Shown here: in pieces, positions 50,101 to 62,300 of the stretch
How the letters are laid out: each line of letters starts with the position of its first letter
How positions within the stretch are numbered: position 1 is the stretch's first letter
Source: Mytilus edulis
Taxonomy: Eukaryota
Direction of reading: 5' to 3'
Assembly: GCF_963676685.1 (NCBI RefSeq)
Contig: NC_092353.1
Location: 38,068,001 to 38,132,000, forward strand
Length of the DNA: 64,000 nt
Translations under genes and position numbers: made by a program
The notes under the pieces: model-generated
The model's database searches: none
What the model saw: the letters and a program-made list of their open reading frames with translations, nothing else
What the model was told of the DNA's origin: nothing

Positions 50101-52958
50101 ATTCTTCAACATGACTGTCATTCGTTTTTCTATTGTCTCCATATGTTAACAACCATTTTGTATCCTGTGTATTTGCAGAAACGGGGTTAACTGACTGTAC
50201 TTCAGTATTGAACTACAAACATTGTCATATGCAGGAATTAAAAAAAAACAATAGTATGAAAGAGGTTGAAAAAACAGCTGTTTAGTGAATTTTAACTTAG
50301 TATTACAAACATGAGAACATAACTTGTTATTCTCTATATTGAAAAGAAGCGAAGACTAATGATCTGTAAAAAACATCTCACAGTGAAAATTGATATTCAT
50401 TATTCATTTTACTCATATGGATTTCTTTAAAATCTCGAAAGAACATTTGAAAGCAGTCTTTTTCGAGTATCACCAGCCCATTAATCAGCTATGTTGACAT
50501 GAATTATCATTGATATTGTCATAATTATAAACTGTTTACAAAACTTTGATTTTTTGAAATATTCAGGTGTTTCAACCTCAGTAATAGATTACCTTAGATG
50601 TATTTCCCAAAACATTTGAGAATTTTAATCCTTAATGCGCTTCAAATTGGTACTTTATTATGTCTTTTAAAAAAATATTCGAGCGTAACTGATGAGTTTT
50701 TTGTAGGCGTTTTGTCTGGCGCCAATACCAAATTTAATTAAGCTAGGTATCTATATGATGAGGTTGTTTACAACCACTTGGTCAATTTCACTGCTGGTAG
50801 AGTTTTTATTCCCCAGGTATCACCAGCCCCGTAGTCCGCACTTCTGTGTTGACATAAATTATCATTGATATTGTTATAATTATAAATTAACTTTGATTTT
50901 TTTATATACTCAGGCTTTTCTTCTTCATGGATAGATTATACCTTAGATGTATTTGGAAAAACTTTTCGGAATTTTTGGTACTTAATTCGTTTCAAATTCG
51001 TACTTTATTAAGCCTTTTCAAATTCTTTTGATTGGAGTGTCAAGATGAGTCTTTTGTAGACGAAACGCATGTCTAGCGCAATACAAAATTTTAATCCCGG
51101 TATCTGTGATGAGATTGTTTACAGCAACTGTCTCGATGCTACTGACCTAGTGTAGTATTTATTCCCGATAGTAATCACAAGCACCGTAGTCAGCACTAAG
51201 GTGATGACATGAATTATCATTTTCATAATTATAAATTAACTGTTTACAAAACTTTGAATTTTGGAAATACTAAGGCGTTTCTTCCTCAGGAATATACTAC
51301 CTAGCTGTTTTGGCAAACTTTTAGTAATGTTAAGTCCTTAATACTCATCATATTCGTAATTTATTTGGCCCTTTTAACTTTCTTTTATTCGAGCGTCACC
51401 GATGAGTCTTTTGAAGACGAAACGCGCGTCTGGCACAAATACAAAATTTTAAACATGGTATCTATGATGAGTTTGTTTTCATTTGAAAACTAGTATCAAT
51501 ATGCCACAGTATCCCTGATAGTGTTAATTCAATCCTACCTATGCGGTAGTCGTATTGAGTGATATTCTTAACATGGATTTTGTTCTATCTAGCTTTGATT
51601 AATATTTTGACAACCTGCAAGGACATCTGTCTACTAAAAAAGACCATGTTGGCCTTTTTGAGTCTTTTTTTGGTGTTTAATTTGTGCGATCGTCGGCTTT
51701 GCTCTCCGTCAACGAGATACGTCAGAAATGTCCTTTCATTCGGGTAAATTTGACATAATTGACTATGAGTCATTGTGGCAGCAAGCGCCTATTTCTTACC
51801 TTGATATATTTCCGAATATTACATTGGTCAGCAACTTTACGAATATAATTTAAAACATCCCGTTGGGTAGGAAAAGTTGGACAGTCCTCGTCCATGGGAA
51901 AACCTTCTAACTGCATTAATTGTTTTGGACGATTAGTCCTGTAATTTAAGATAAAAGGTAAAAATAAATATAAATGATAGATATTAATTATTATTATTAC
52001 GAATGTTTTGATTCAGAGTATTTTCCTAAACTTTCCCTTTGAATAGTGAATTCGAAGTGGAGCAAAAAAAAAAAAAAAAAAAACCCTACTGTGTAGGACG
52101 CTTAAAATTATATTGGGTTGTTTCTTCTAACAGTTCTTTGTTTTTTCGTCGTTTTTCTTCTTAACAAAGGACTTGATTGCTTCTCTTTAAAACTACTAGT
52201 ATTGGCCTTTGATTGCCTGCTTTGTATCTTTTAGCTGAAGCTTGTTTTGTAGTCGTTTTTTATTTCCAAACAAGTGAATTGTCTGTTTTTCTTCAACTAT
52301 TGGAATTTAATTGTCCACTTTGTATCTTTGAACTGATGCTTGTTTTTTCGTCGGTTTTATCCTTTACAAGTGAATTGTCTGTTTTTCTTCAACTATTGTT
52401 TTTTGAACTCCAGCTTTGTATATTCTTAATGCTGTTTGTTTTTTCGTCGTCTTTCTTGACAATGTTTTTCTTCAATTATTGGCGTTTGATTGGCCGTTTT
52501 TATCTTTTGACTGTGTTTTTCAAATTGATGTTATTATAATTTCTACTGTTAACATATAGATGAATAGAATCATGGCTTTCTGTCGCCTAGTCCAGTAAGT
52601 TTGCCGAAATCTTGATTAAAATTTGATCATGGGGGACAAGAAACATTTTCCACACCTAAAAAAAATAGGAAGAACAGAACAAACGAAATCAATTATATCC
52701 GGTTTTTTTCTAACCTAACCAAGTCAACTTATAAAATCAATTTTAAATTTAGACTTACTGAAGATTGCTATACATAGCGGAGTTAATTTTACGTCCATAA
52801 ACATCCTTATCCGTTTGATCTGTGTAAAGCCATAGACCTCCTAGGTCATAGTTCCTCTCAAAACAAGTAAGCAGAAACTTTTTGTTCTCAGATAGCCTTC
52901 TTAGGGCAGAAATACCCATTATACCTGCTCCAATAACAGCTATCCTTTTTTCGTCCAT
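47179..52958 (-). CDS. Flavin-containing monooxygenase (FMO family), 416 aa; exons 52958-52759, 51938-51800, 50212-50076, 48317-48140, 47775-47179
   Basis: Five GT-AG exons join in frame (1251 nt). FAD motif IAVIGAGIMG, GGLW, FDAVIVCNG, FMO signature FEGLVIHSIQY (FxGxxxHxxxY), NADPH motif LGASHSGMD and IYCTGF. Confidence 0.95.
49129..49306. mobile_element. Short GC-rich MITE in FMO intron 3
   Basis: cattggtagatccag / ctggatccgcccctg imperfect TIR; internal gggttgg(g)aacccc hairpins. Confidence 0.6.
50467..51478 (+). mobile_element. Non-LTR retrozyme: ~2.9 tandem units of 350-354 bp, each with a minimal type I hammerhead
   Basis: Unit starts (gta(a)tcac.agc.c) at 50467, 50817 and 51171; hammerhead motifs at 50681-50723, 51035-51079 and 51391-51436. 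Confidence 0.85.
51391..51436 (+). ncRNA. Type I hammerhead ribozyme, best-preserved copy (U4C core variant)
   Basis: gagcgtca CCGATGA gtctt-ttg-aagac GAAA cgcgcg TC| tggcac: core boxes, 5-bp stem II, palindromic minimal stem III, GUC site ending at 51430, stem I gtca/tggc. Confidence 0.8.
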
Positions 52959-55726
52959 CTTAATGACTGATATATATTGGTGTAATAGTCTTACGTGAAG
53001 TTATGACATAGGCTGTAAAGATCAAAATAAATAATACTGTTTGCATCAAAACCAAACATTACAGCTGACGGACTATAATTAACCATTTGTTATAAGTCAT
53101 GCAGTGGTAAGAATCCTGAGAAAGTATTAAATGGCACAAGGACCTTGTTGCATATTTGTTAGGAATGGCCAAAGACAAAATTTTGATAAAAACATATCAA
53201 CAAAACAAGAAAAGTTCGTTTTATTTGTGTCACAAGAAATTCTTCACTCTACTCTAGTAGTGATTATAATAAGGTTGTTTTTTTCATGTCTTTTTTCTTC
53301 AATAAAATAATTGTAAGTAAAAAAACTAAGAATCACATTTCTGCTTACCGGATCATAAATCGTAGTTTTTACAGTCAATGGTAAACATCTCTGAACAATG
53401 CATAAAATTTATTAAGTTGAAAAACAAGTAGGTCAAAAAATCTGCATGTGTCTACACATACATTTAATTTGACCTTCGAGAAGAAGTTTATAGAATAGGA
53501 TCATGGTAGAAAAGGTTATCGTATATAGAGGCATAGTGAATTCAAGTACAAAAAGGTATCGCTCTTTTTTTCATTCATGCTTAGTCTTGTAGTTTAAAAC
53601 GACATTTCAGTCACTTGTTTTGTTCAGATTGAAGTACAGGGACCCGATGTTGCATTAATTGTTTTGGACGATTAGTCCTGTAATTTAAAATAAAAGGTAA
53701 AAATAAATATAAATGATAGATATTAATTATTATTTTTACGAATGTTTTGATTCAGAGTATTTTCCTAAACTTTCCCTTTGAATAGTGAAGTGGAGCAAAA
53801 AAAAAAGCTCAACTGTGTAGGACGCTTAAAATTACATTGGATTGTTTCTTCTAACAGTTCTTTGTGTTTTCGTCGTTTTTCTTCTTAACAAAGGACTTGA
53901 TTGCTTCTCTTTAAAACTACTAGTATCGGCCTTTGATTGCCCGCTTTGTATCTTTTAACTGAAGCTTGTTTTGTAGTCGTTTTTATTTCCAAACAAGTGA
54001 ATTGTCTGTTTTTCTAGCATTTGATTGTCCACTTTGTATCTTTGAACTGATGCTTGTTTTCTCGTCGGTTTTATCCTTTACAAGTGAATTGTCTGTTTTT
54101 CTTCAACTATTGTTTTTTGAACTCCAGCTTTGTATATTCTTAATGCTGTTTGTTTTTTCGTCGTCTTTCTTCTTGACAATGTTTTTCTTCAATTATTGGC
54201 GTTTGATTGGCCGTTTTTATCTTTTGCCTGTGTTTTTCAATTTGATGTTATTATAATTTCTACTGTTAACATATAGATGAATAGAATCATGGCTTTCTGT
54301 CGCCTAGTCCAGAAAGTGTACCGAAAGTTTGATTAAAATTTGATCATGGGGGACAAGAAACATTTTCCACTCCTAAAAAAAATAGGAAGAATAGAATAAA
54401 CGAAATAAATTATATCCGATTTTTTCTAACCTAACCAAGTCAACTTATAAAATCAATCTTAAATTTAGACTTACTGAAGATTGCTATACATAGCGGAGTT
54501 AATTTTACGTCCATAAACATCCTTATCCATTTGATTTGTGTAAAGCCATAGACCTCCTAGGTCATAGTTCCTCTCAAAATAAATAAGCAGAAACTTTTTG
54601 TTCTCAGATAGCCTTCTTAGGGCATAAATACCCATTATACCTGCTCCAATAACAGCTATCCTTTTTTCGTCCATCTTAATGACTGATATATTGGTGTAAT
54701 AGTCTTACTTGAAGTTATGACATAGGCATAAATAATACTGTTTGCATCAAAACTAAAAATTACAACTGACGGACTATAATTAACCATTTGTTATAAGTCA
54801 TGCAGTGGTAAGAATCCTGAGAAAGTATTAAATGGCACAAGGACCTTGTTGCATATTTGTTAGGAATGGTCAAAGACAAAATTCTAATAAAAACATATCA
54901 ACAAAACAAGAAAAGTTTCATTTGTGTCACAAGAAATTCTTCACTCTACTCTAGTAGTGATTATAATAAGGTTGTTTTTTTCATGTCTTTTTTCTGCAAT
55001 AAAATAATTGTAAGTAAAAAAACTAAGAATCACATTTCTGCTTACCGGATCATAAATCGTAGTTTTTACAGTCAATGGTAAACATCTCTAAACAATATGA
55101 ATGTATGCATAAAATTTATTAAGTTGAAAAGCAAGTAGGTAAAAAAATCTGCATGTGTCTACACATACATTTAATTTGACCTTCGAGAAGAAGTTTATAG
55201 AATAGGATCATGGTAGAAAAGGTTATCGTATATAGAGGCATAGTGAATTCAAGTACAAAAAGGTATCGCTCTTTTTTTCATTCATGCTTAGTCTTGTAGT
55301 TTAAAACGACATTTCAGTCACTTGTTTTGTTCAGATTGAAGTACAGGGACCCGATGTTGCATTAATTGTTTTGGACGATTAGTCCTGTAATTTAAAATAA
55401 AAGGTAAAAATAAATATAAATGATAGATATTAATTATTATTTTTACGAATGTTTTGATTCAGAGTATTTTCCTAAACTTTCCCTTTGAATAGTGAAGTGG
55501 AGCAAAAAAAAAAAGCTCAACTGTGTAGGACGCTTAAAATTACATTGGATTGTTTCTTCTAACAGTTCTTTGTGTTTTCGTCGTTTTTCTTCTTAACAAA
55601 GGACTTGATTGCTTCTCTTTAAAACTACTAGTATCGGCCTTTGATTGCCAGCTTTGTATCTTTTAACTGAAGCTTGTTTTGTAGTCGTTTTTATTTCCAA
55701 ACAAGTGAATTGTCTGTTTTTCTAGT
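51912..55726. repeat. Tandem duplication (~1.7-kb unit, ~2.2 copies) of the FMO 5' region
   Basis: tgcattaattgttttggacgattagtcctg at 51912, 53651 and 55358. Confidence 0.95.
54475..54674 (-). pseudogene. Duplicated FMO first coding exon
   Basis: Copy of 52759-52958 with 5 aa changes (S>Y, T>I, C>Y, D>N, T>M). Donor kept, upstream acceptor deleted; the following exon-2 copy has only its first 27 nt. Confidence 0.85.
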
Positions 55727-56136
55727 TTTAATAAAAACATATCAACAAAACAAGAAAAGTTTCATTTGTGTCTCTGAACAATATGAATGTATGCATACAA
55801 TTTATTAAGTTGAAAAACTAATATGTCAAAAAATCTGCATGTGTCTACACATACATTTAAAAATTTTAATTTTCTGACTATATATATGCGGTATGACACT
55901 TTTCTCATTTTTAAAGGATGCATATATATATTGGTATATATATTATATAAGTTGTTGTTTTTTTTTTTAAATTAATCCTAAATACATTTTAAAAAGTTAT
56001 ATGTTGAAAGACGTGCATGTTGTCAAATTATAAAATTACAGTTTGTTTAGTTTCAGAGAAAACCAGAAAAAATTTTATTCTATTTTTTTTTTTTTTTTTT
56101 TTTTTTTTGCTTAATGGATGCAAATGAACGCATTAA

Positions 56137-56809
56137 GTTTGCGCGCATTTGGGGATTATAATATTTTACGTTTGCGCGCAGCTTTTGATAACATTTGCGC
56201 GCATTTATCTTACAGGTAAACTCGGGTAAAAAATGGAATATAATAAAATATAAATAATATCAAAATATAAATGACTATTTTATATTAGATATGATTAAAA
56301 ATCATTAACTTTGAAAATATATTTTAATTATATATTGTTTAAATTGAATTCTCAGACAAAATAGAAAGTGTTCATGATAAATTCCGTTATAACTTTGAGC
56401 GTACATGTAACTTCATTGCGAATTTGTCAGGGTGAACAAGTACCCCGAATAGTGATCTCTTTTAAATAATTTAAGTTAATTTGTAAAGTTTTGTCAATGC
56501 ACGAATAGTTGAAGGTTGTTTTTTTGGTTTTTTTTTTTGAAAATCGGGGGAAAACCATTAGTATATGATGAATATAAAACTTTTCGTATTGATAGAATAT
56601 AAAACAACTGATTTATCCTGCTTGAATCCCACTTACACCTCCTCATGGGTGAGTAGGTGACTTAGACTAACGGAAAGGGTACTTCTACTTAAAAATAATT
56701 GAATAAATTTATAAATAAATAAGTATTATTACCTGAGTTTACCTGTCAAATAAATGCGTGCAATTGTAATCAAAAGCTACGCGCAAATGTAAGGGTAATG
56801 CGCGCAAAC
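56137..56809. mobile_element. Non-autonomous element with ~90-bp inverted ends built from tttgcgcgca motifs
   Basis: 56166-56229 is the imperfect reverse complement of 56729-56792; exact termini and TSD not resolved. Confidence 0.65.
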
Positions 56810-57278
56810 GGTGCAATTTGGTTACCGTGTGACATTACATGATTGGCAGGCTTATAATTGAACTATATAATGTATAATTGATTGACACTCAGTCATCCCC
56901 TTTTATTATCGATATGCAGTGGTATATCCACGGACTTACTTAAAAATGTATATTTAAATACTTGGTATGACTAAACTTATACTTATTAGCGAAGAATTAA
57001 TAAAACAACAAATATTGAAAATGCCCGATTTTGTTTAGCTGTACAGAGGTTTTTACAGCGTATGACTAAAGTATTGCTATCGCCTAGATTTCAATTACCG
57101 ATATTCGTTTTGGGTATTTAATCGATCTTTACTTTAAACATGATGAGTACGTAGACATCATCAAGTGCAAACTAACATTCCTTATCGCTTGTTATAAATT
57201 CATTTCTTCAATGAATTCTCATCAAAATACATTTTAAAGAAAAAATCAATAATATTAAAATGCTTTGTAATATGTATA

Positions 57279-59333
57279 TTCCTGTATTAAAAAAGGACAA
57301 GGATCTTTCTGATGTCAGCAGTTAACGGGGTATCACAGTAACCCCAGTCCTAGGAAAAGTTTTCGAATCATGACTGCATTTAACCTAAACGTAATCTGCA
57401 AAATATTACGGACTTTTGGCTTCACTATAGGCCTAAACCCTCTTATCTCTAGCTTCATTATATCTGAATCAAAATATGATAAAACAAGGAAAAACAGTGA
57501 ATTTTATATGGGTTTCTTGGATGTCAAATCAGCCTTTGACGTGGTACAGCATGACATTATACTAGATAAATAACTAGACTCAAATATTCCTTCTTTCCTA
57601 TGGCTGGTAATTAAAGATCTATATTCTAATCTGACAACAAAAGTACAATGGCAAGGCGATCTTAGTGAAAAATGTTCGGTCCACCAAGGTGTACGACAAG
57701 GTGGGATTTTGTCTACTCATCTCTACAAAATATTTGTACAAGATCTACTTTTAGAACAAGAAAGAAACTCTTTAGGTTTAAATACTGGAAATATTTTTGT
57801 CGGTACTCCTACTTGCGCTGATGACATGGCTTTTATTTAAACAAATAGAGACAATTTCCAAATTATGCTCAACGTTTCGGAAAGATATTATAATCAACAT
57901 CACTACAAAATTAATCCTACAAAAACAAAAATTGTCACATGTGGAAAGGTTACAAACGCTGATCGGACTCTATACGATACTCCGGTTACAGTATCAAAAG
58001 AAGCAACTCATTTAATGTAGGTATAACTAGAAGCTGGAAAAAGGAAGGAGAAATAAATGTGGCAAATAGAATAAAGCTCGCAAGACGAACTCTGTACGCA
58101 TTACTGGGCTCTGGGGTGCATGGAACAAATGGCTTAGATCCAGTAACATCTTATAACATCTACAACACATATGTTCTAACAAGACTCCTATATTGTTTGG
58201 AAGCCATTCCTTTAAATAAGACCAATATAACGCAGCTGGAATCTTTTCATAGAAAGAGTTTAAGACATTTTCAATCTCTTCCTCAACGCACGGCTATAGC
58301 TGCAATATATCTTTTGATTGGTGGACTGCCAATAGAAGCTGAACTTCACAAAAAGCAATTGTCTTTTCTCCATAATTTACTTTCTTCAAATGTTCAAAAA
58401 GTTAATGATATCACCATCAGACAAATGTCGGTTAACTATGATAACCCGAACAGCTTTTTTCAACAATTCGAGAAATCCTATTAAAGTATGGACTGCCTCC
58501 GATTCATCTTCTTCAAGAATCTCTCCCTTCAAAATTGAAATGGAAATCTCTTGTAACGAAGCATCTGAACACATACTGGCAAAATACATTAAGGGACGAT
58601 GCCGAATCTAAATCAACTCTAAAATATATGGAAACTAAACATCTTCTTATTGGCAAAAATCACTCAGTGTGGACTGTATTTGACAAGACAAAAGCCGAAG
58701 TTCGGAAAGCTATTATTAAAGCTAGAATAGTTTCAGGAACATTTATACTGAATTCTGATCGAGCGAAATTTAATCAATCACCTTCACCAGTCTGCCAACT
58801 ATGTAATCTTTCTGAGGAAAATATCTCTCATTTTCTCCTGGAGTGTCCACTATTATCAAATACTAGAATTACATACTTTGAACCAATCTATGTTACTCAA
58901 CATACAACAGCTGAAGTCTGGGATAGTGTCTTTCAATCCAAATCAAGCATTATCAGGCTAATTATAGACTGCAGGCATTTTTCACAAACACTAAGAGACG
59001 GCAAGATAATGAACACGATAGAAGCCAAAACTAGGGAGATGTGCTATAAACTTTATATAAAACGCGTAAAGTTGCTTGAGGCAATGGATGGTTGACGGTC
59101 TACAAACAAACAGTTTTTATTCCGTATAAGTTGTGTTTTAATGTTTGTAAATGACACTCGGATTTTATGTGTATAAAGAAGAGTTTTACTGTGTATTTTA
59201 ACCGTTGGACAATAACTTTTAAAATATATCCACCATATATTTTAATATGTAAATAGTACTTTTACTTGGAGATAATTCTTGGTGTTCCTTATAAAGGAAG
59301 CTTAAATATGGAGAGAAGAATAAGAAGAAGAAG
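57279..59333 (+). mobile_element. 5'-truncated, degraded LINE (RTE-X-like): RT, C-terminal Cys-His knuckle and (AAG)n tail
   Basis: Frames give IPVLKKDKD..RGITVTPVLGKVFE, FLDVKSAFDVV, QGVRQGGILSTHLYK, TPTCADD and CQLC...ENISHFLLEC, with several stops and frameshifts. Ends agaagaataagaagaagaag. Confidence 0.9.
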
Positions 59334-62300
59334 TATACACATATAAGTAAAAAAAACATTAATATCTATGCACACGCATGCGGAAGAATATCTCAAGAAC
59401 GTTTGCAATCTCAAGGTACGATAACTCTGCATGGATGAATTTTTGCGGGAAAATACGAATGCTTACTCAAATTCATTCTATTTAAAAAAAATCGAATTAT
59501 TACAGAAGAGTGACGTGTCCACCATGCACTTGCACTTCACTATTATTAATATAGTAAAATAGAATGGTAAAAATGCATGTAAATTATATATTACCTGTAA
59601 CTGTAATATACAAGTATTAATATAATATATAACAATAAACCAGAGTATACTGATTTTTATCACTACAATATAATAGTCATTACGGCGAGAATGATTTGCC
59701 TGTCATTAATTTATCATCCACGCACGAAATTTTCCCAGAAAAAAATTACACCTGTACATTAAACTCATTTATAGGTATAAAATGTGATTTTTTTCTGTAA
59801 TAAGTGCTTATCGGATCATTCACAAGAACTTGCGGTCATCCGATGTTCAGTACTTCAGTACTTTGATTTTGTTTGTTGTGTAACTGACCGACTCTATTTT
59901 ACATTTCATATAACGGTTAAGTCTTTATGAGGGTGTGGATGAGTGCGGGTTACAGAATAGAGAATAATTGGCACAAAGAATAAAGAAAAGAGAAAAATGG
60001 AACACAAAAATAAAGAATAATAAATAAAGAGGTGCTAAAATATAAATAATAGAGAATAATGGGCATAAGTTTAAAGAATAGAGAAAAAATTGTCTAAAAA
60101 TTTAAAGAATACAGAAATGAAGGACCCGCCAACTAGAGACTTCTTTATCAGTCATATAAAACTCTTCACAAAAATTGTCATGAAGTGCACTTTTAAAGAA
60201 TGCACAATTGAAACGAATAACTAAGTACTCACTTATTTCCTTCATAGTATCCGGAATACAATCACAGAGGGAATAAGTACTTAGCACTTAATTAACTATT
60301 TCTAATTGTTTGAAGTACCGTTGTGGTATCATATTTACTTGAGGTTATTCACATGTCTCGTCTGTTGGTCAATATCTAGGGAACTCTGTCTGTAGATGCA
60401 TGTTTTCTAAAATAACTGAAATATTTTCTGATGTGAACACTTGTATTTACAAAAGCCTTCAGTTTTGGTAGTAGTAATAATTTGTTTAAGTTCGCATGAA
60501 CTTAAAGAAGATTGTCATGTTATGTCGTAAATTGTAAATGAGGGGCGAAAGATACCAGAGGGAAAGCCAAACTCACAGTAGATCGAAAACAATGTAAACT
60601 GACAACGCCATGGCTAAAAAAGAAAAAAAGACAAACAGACAAACAATAGTACACAAGACACAGTTAACATATAAAATTAAAGACTAAACAAAAATTATAC
60701 CACGTTTACAGCTCGTTTTATACATTTTGTTCGTACTTTTGCGATGAAGTTGTCTATTGATTTATGGTTGGTGTCCCTTTCCCTTTTTAGCGTACACAAA
60801 TTCGCGTCAGTTGAATGGCAATGCTTATGAAACTACAATAGGTGTGTTTCTTATCACAAATTTGTATGGTTAAACATATAAAAAGCAATAAAAAAAAATA
60901 TATCAGACACCGTGCACGCGGCCAAAAAAGCTGAAACATTTCCATGGAAAGATCTTTTGATTTTGTTTAGATTAAGTTTTTTTTTCTTGCGCTGTACTGT
61001 GGTTTTAAAAGATGTCAATATCGTATTATAATGAACACAACAGTTACGCGAACCGAAGATTTTGAAAAAGTGTCCCGAAAGGGCCCCACACTATTTGAGT
61101 GTAACAAGTAAAAAAATTGAATTAACCATAAATGTAGCTCCAGTAGGACCATAAGGCGGGTCAGGAAACCCTTGCCCCTAAATCTGCAACTGTTTTTGAA
61201 ACTCACACTGTTTACCCGTAAAAAAATATTTGTAAGAGTTAATATCTCTCCAAGCACTGGGTTTTTTTTTTTTTGTGGGCGCATTTCCTCTTTAATGTTC
61301 AAATAAATCGATCGTTTTATATCCTCAGGATATTCTGATGAATCTTGACGGATGTGATGCGAAGACACTTTATTTAAGATAAATGTTGTTTTTGTGTCAC
61401 ATGAGCCGCAAGTGAAATAGACCGATAGGGTATCTTGTTTGAGGTCCTAGGTACACCAAATAAAATGAAATACATTTATGGGTAGGGATTTTTCGAATAA
61501 ATCGAAATATGAATTAGGGGTAGTTTTTTTTAAAATCCAGACGAATGTACCCAATTTCTCCACCTAAAAAATAACACCAAAGACAAAACTGAAGCAAACT
61601 TGATGCTGGGTAGCAATTCGTATACGGTTTTAGAATGGTAAAACTTTATCCTCATGCATTTTTAATGGAAACAAACTATATTTTTTTCATGAATCAATAT
61701 TTTATCTAATAGATTTCGAATCCGATATGTTGCTTAAATTAAACCTTCCTCACCTCCCTCTACATACCCATAGGCTAGATGAGTGGTCGGTGCCGAAACT
61801 GCACGACTTAGTTTTCAATCGACTGTGTCGAGTCTTCAATACCAGTAACACAGCTCCTATATATATATCTATGATCATGCGGCCAACGCTATTCTATACG
61901 AGTCAACACAAATAGTTTCTACTTTAAGTTTTTATAGTCTAGCTATGCTCGGTTTTAAAATAATGCATATGGTATGATTGCCAATTATAAGTATATGATA
62001 ATTAAATCCACGAGACTTTTGTAAAACTGCGAAATTAAAAATCCACGATAATACGTCCGATTCTCTCTTATCCACGAAAATTGGTACCCACGAAAAAAAA
62101 TATATCTACGGTAAGCAATTAATGGTCACGTCACAGTCTTTAACAATGGGACAAACATTAATACCATATAATGTCAGCACCCGACACGAAAAATTTGAAA
62201 TCATTCAAACGAGCCAACCAACGGCCTAATTCATAACAATACAATTCAGTTGTTTGTTTCTCCAATTTTACAGAATTATGTCTGTGTGCCTCTTTTTTTC

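Noticed and set aside
52213-52539. 108-aa hydrophobic ORF (and 53966-54256)
   Set aside because: T-rich ~96-bp degenerate tandem repeat in an FMO intron; the frame is not conserved in the duplicate.
15649-61345. Other CTGATGA hits (~15650, ~40229, ~57818, ~61336) as hammerheads
   Set aside because: No stem II plus GAAA plus NUH arrangement follows; the 57818 hit is the ADD codons of the LINE RT.
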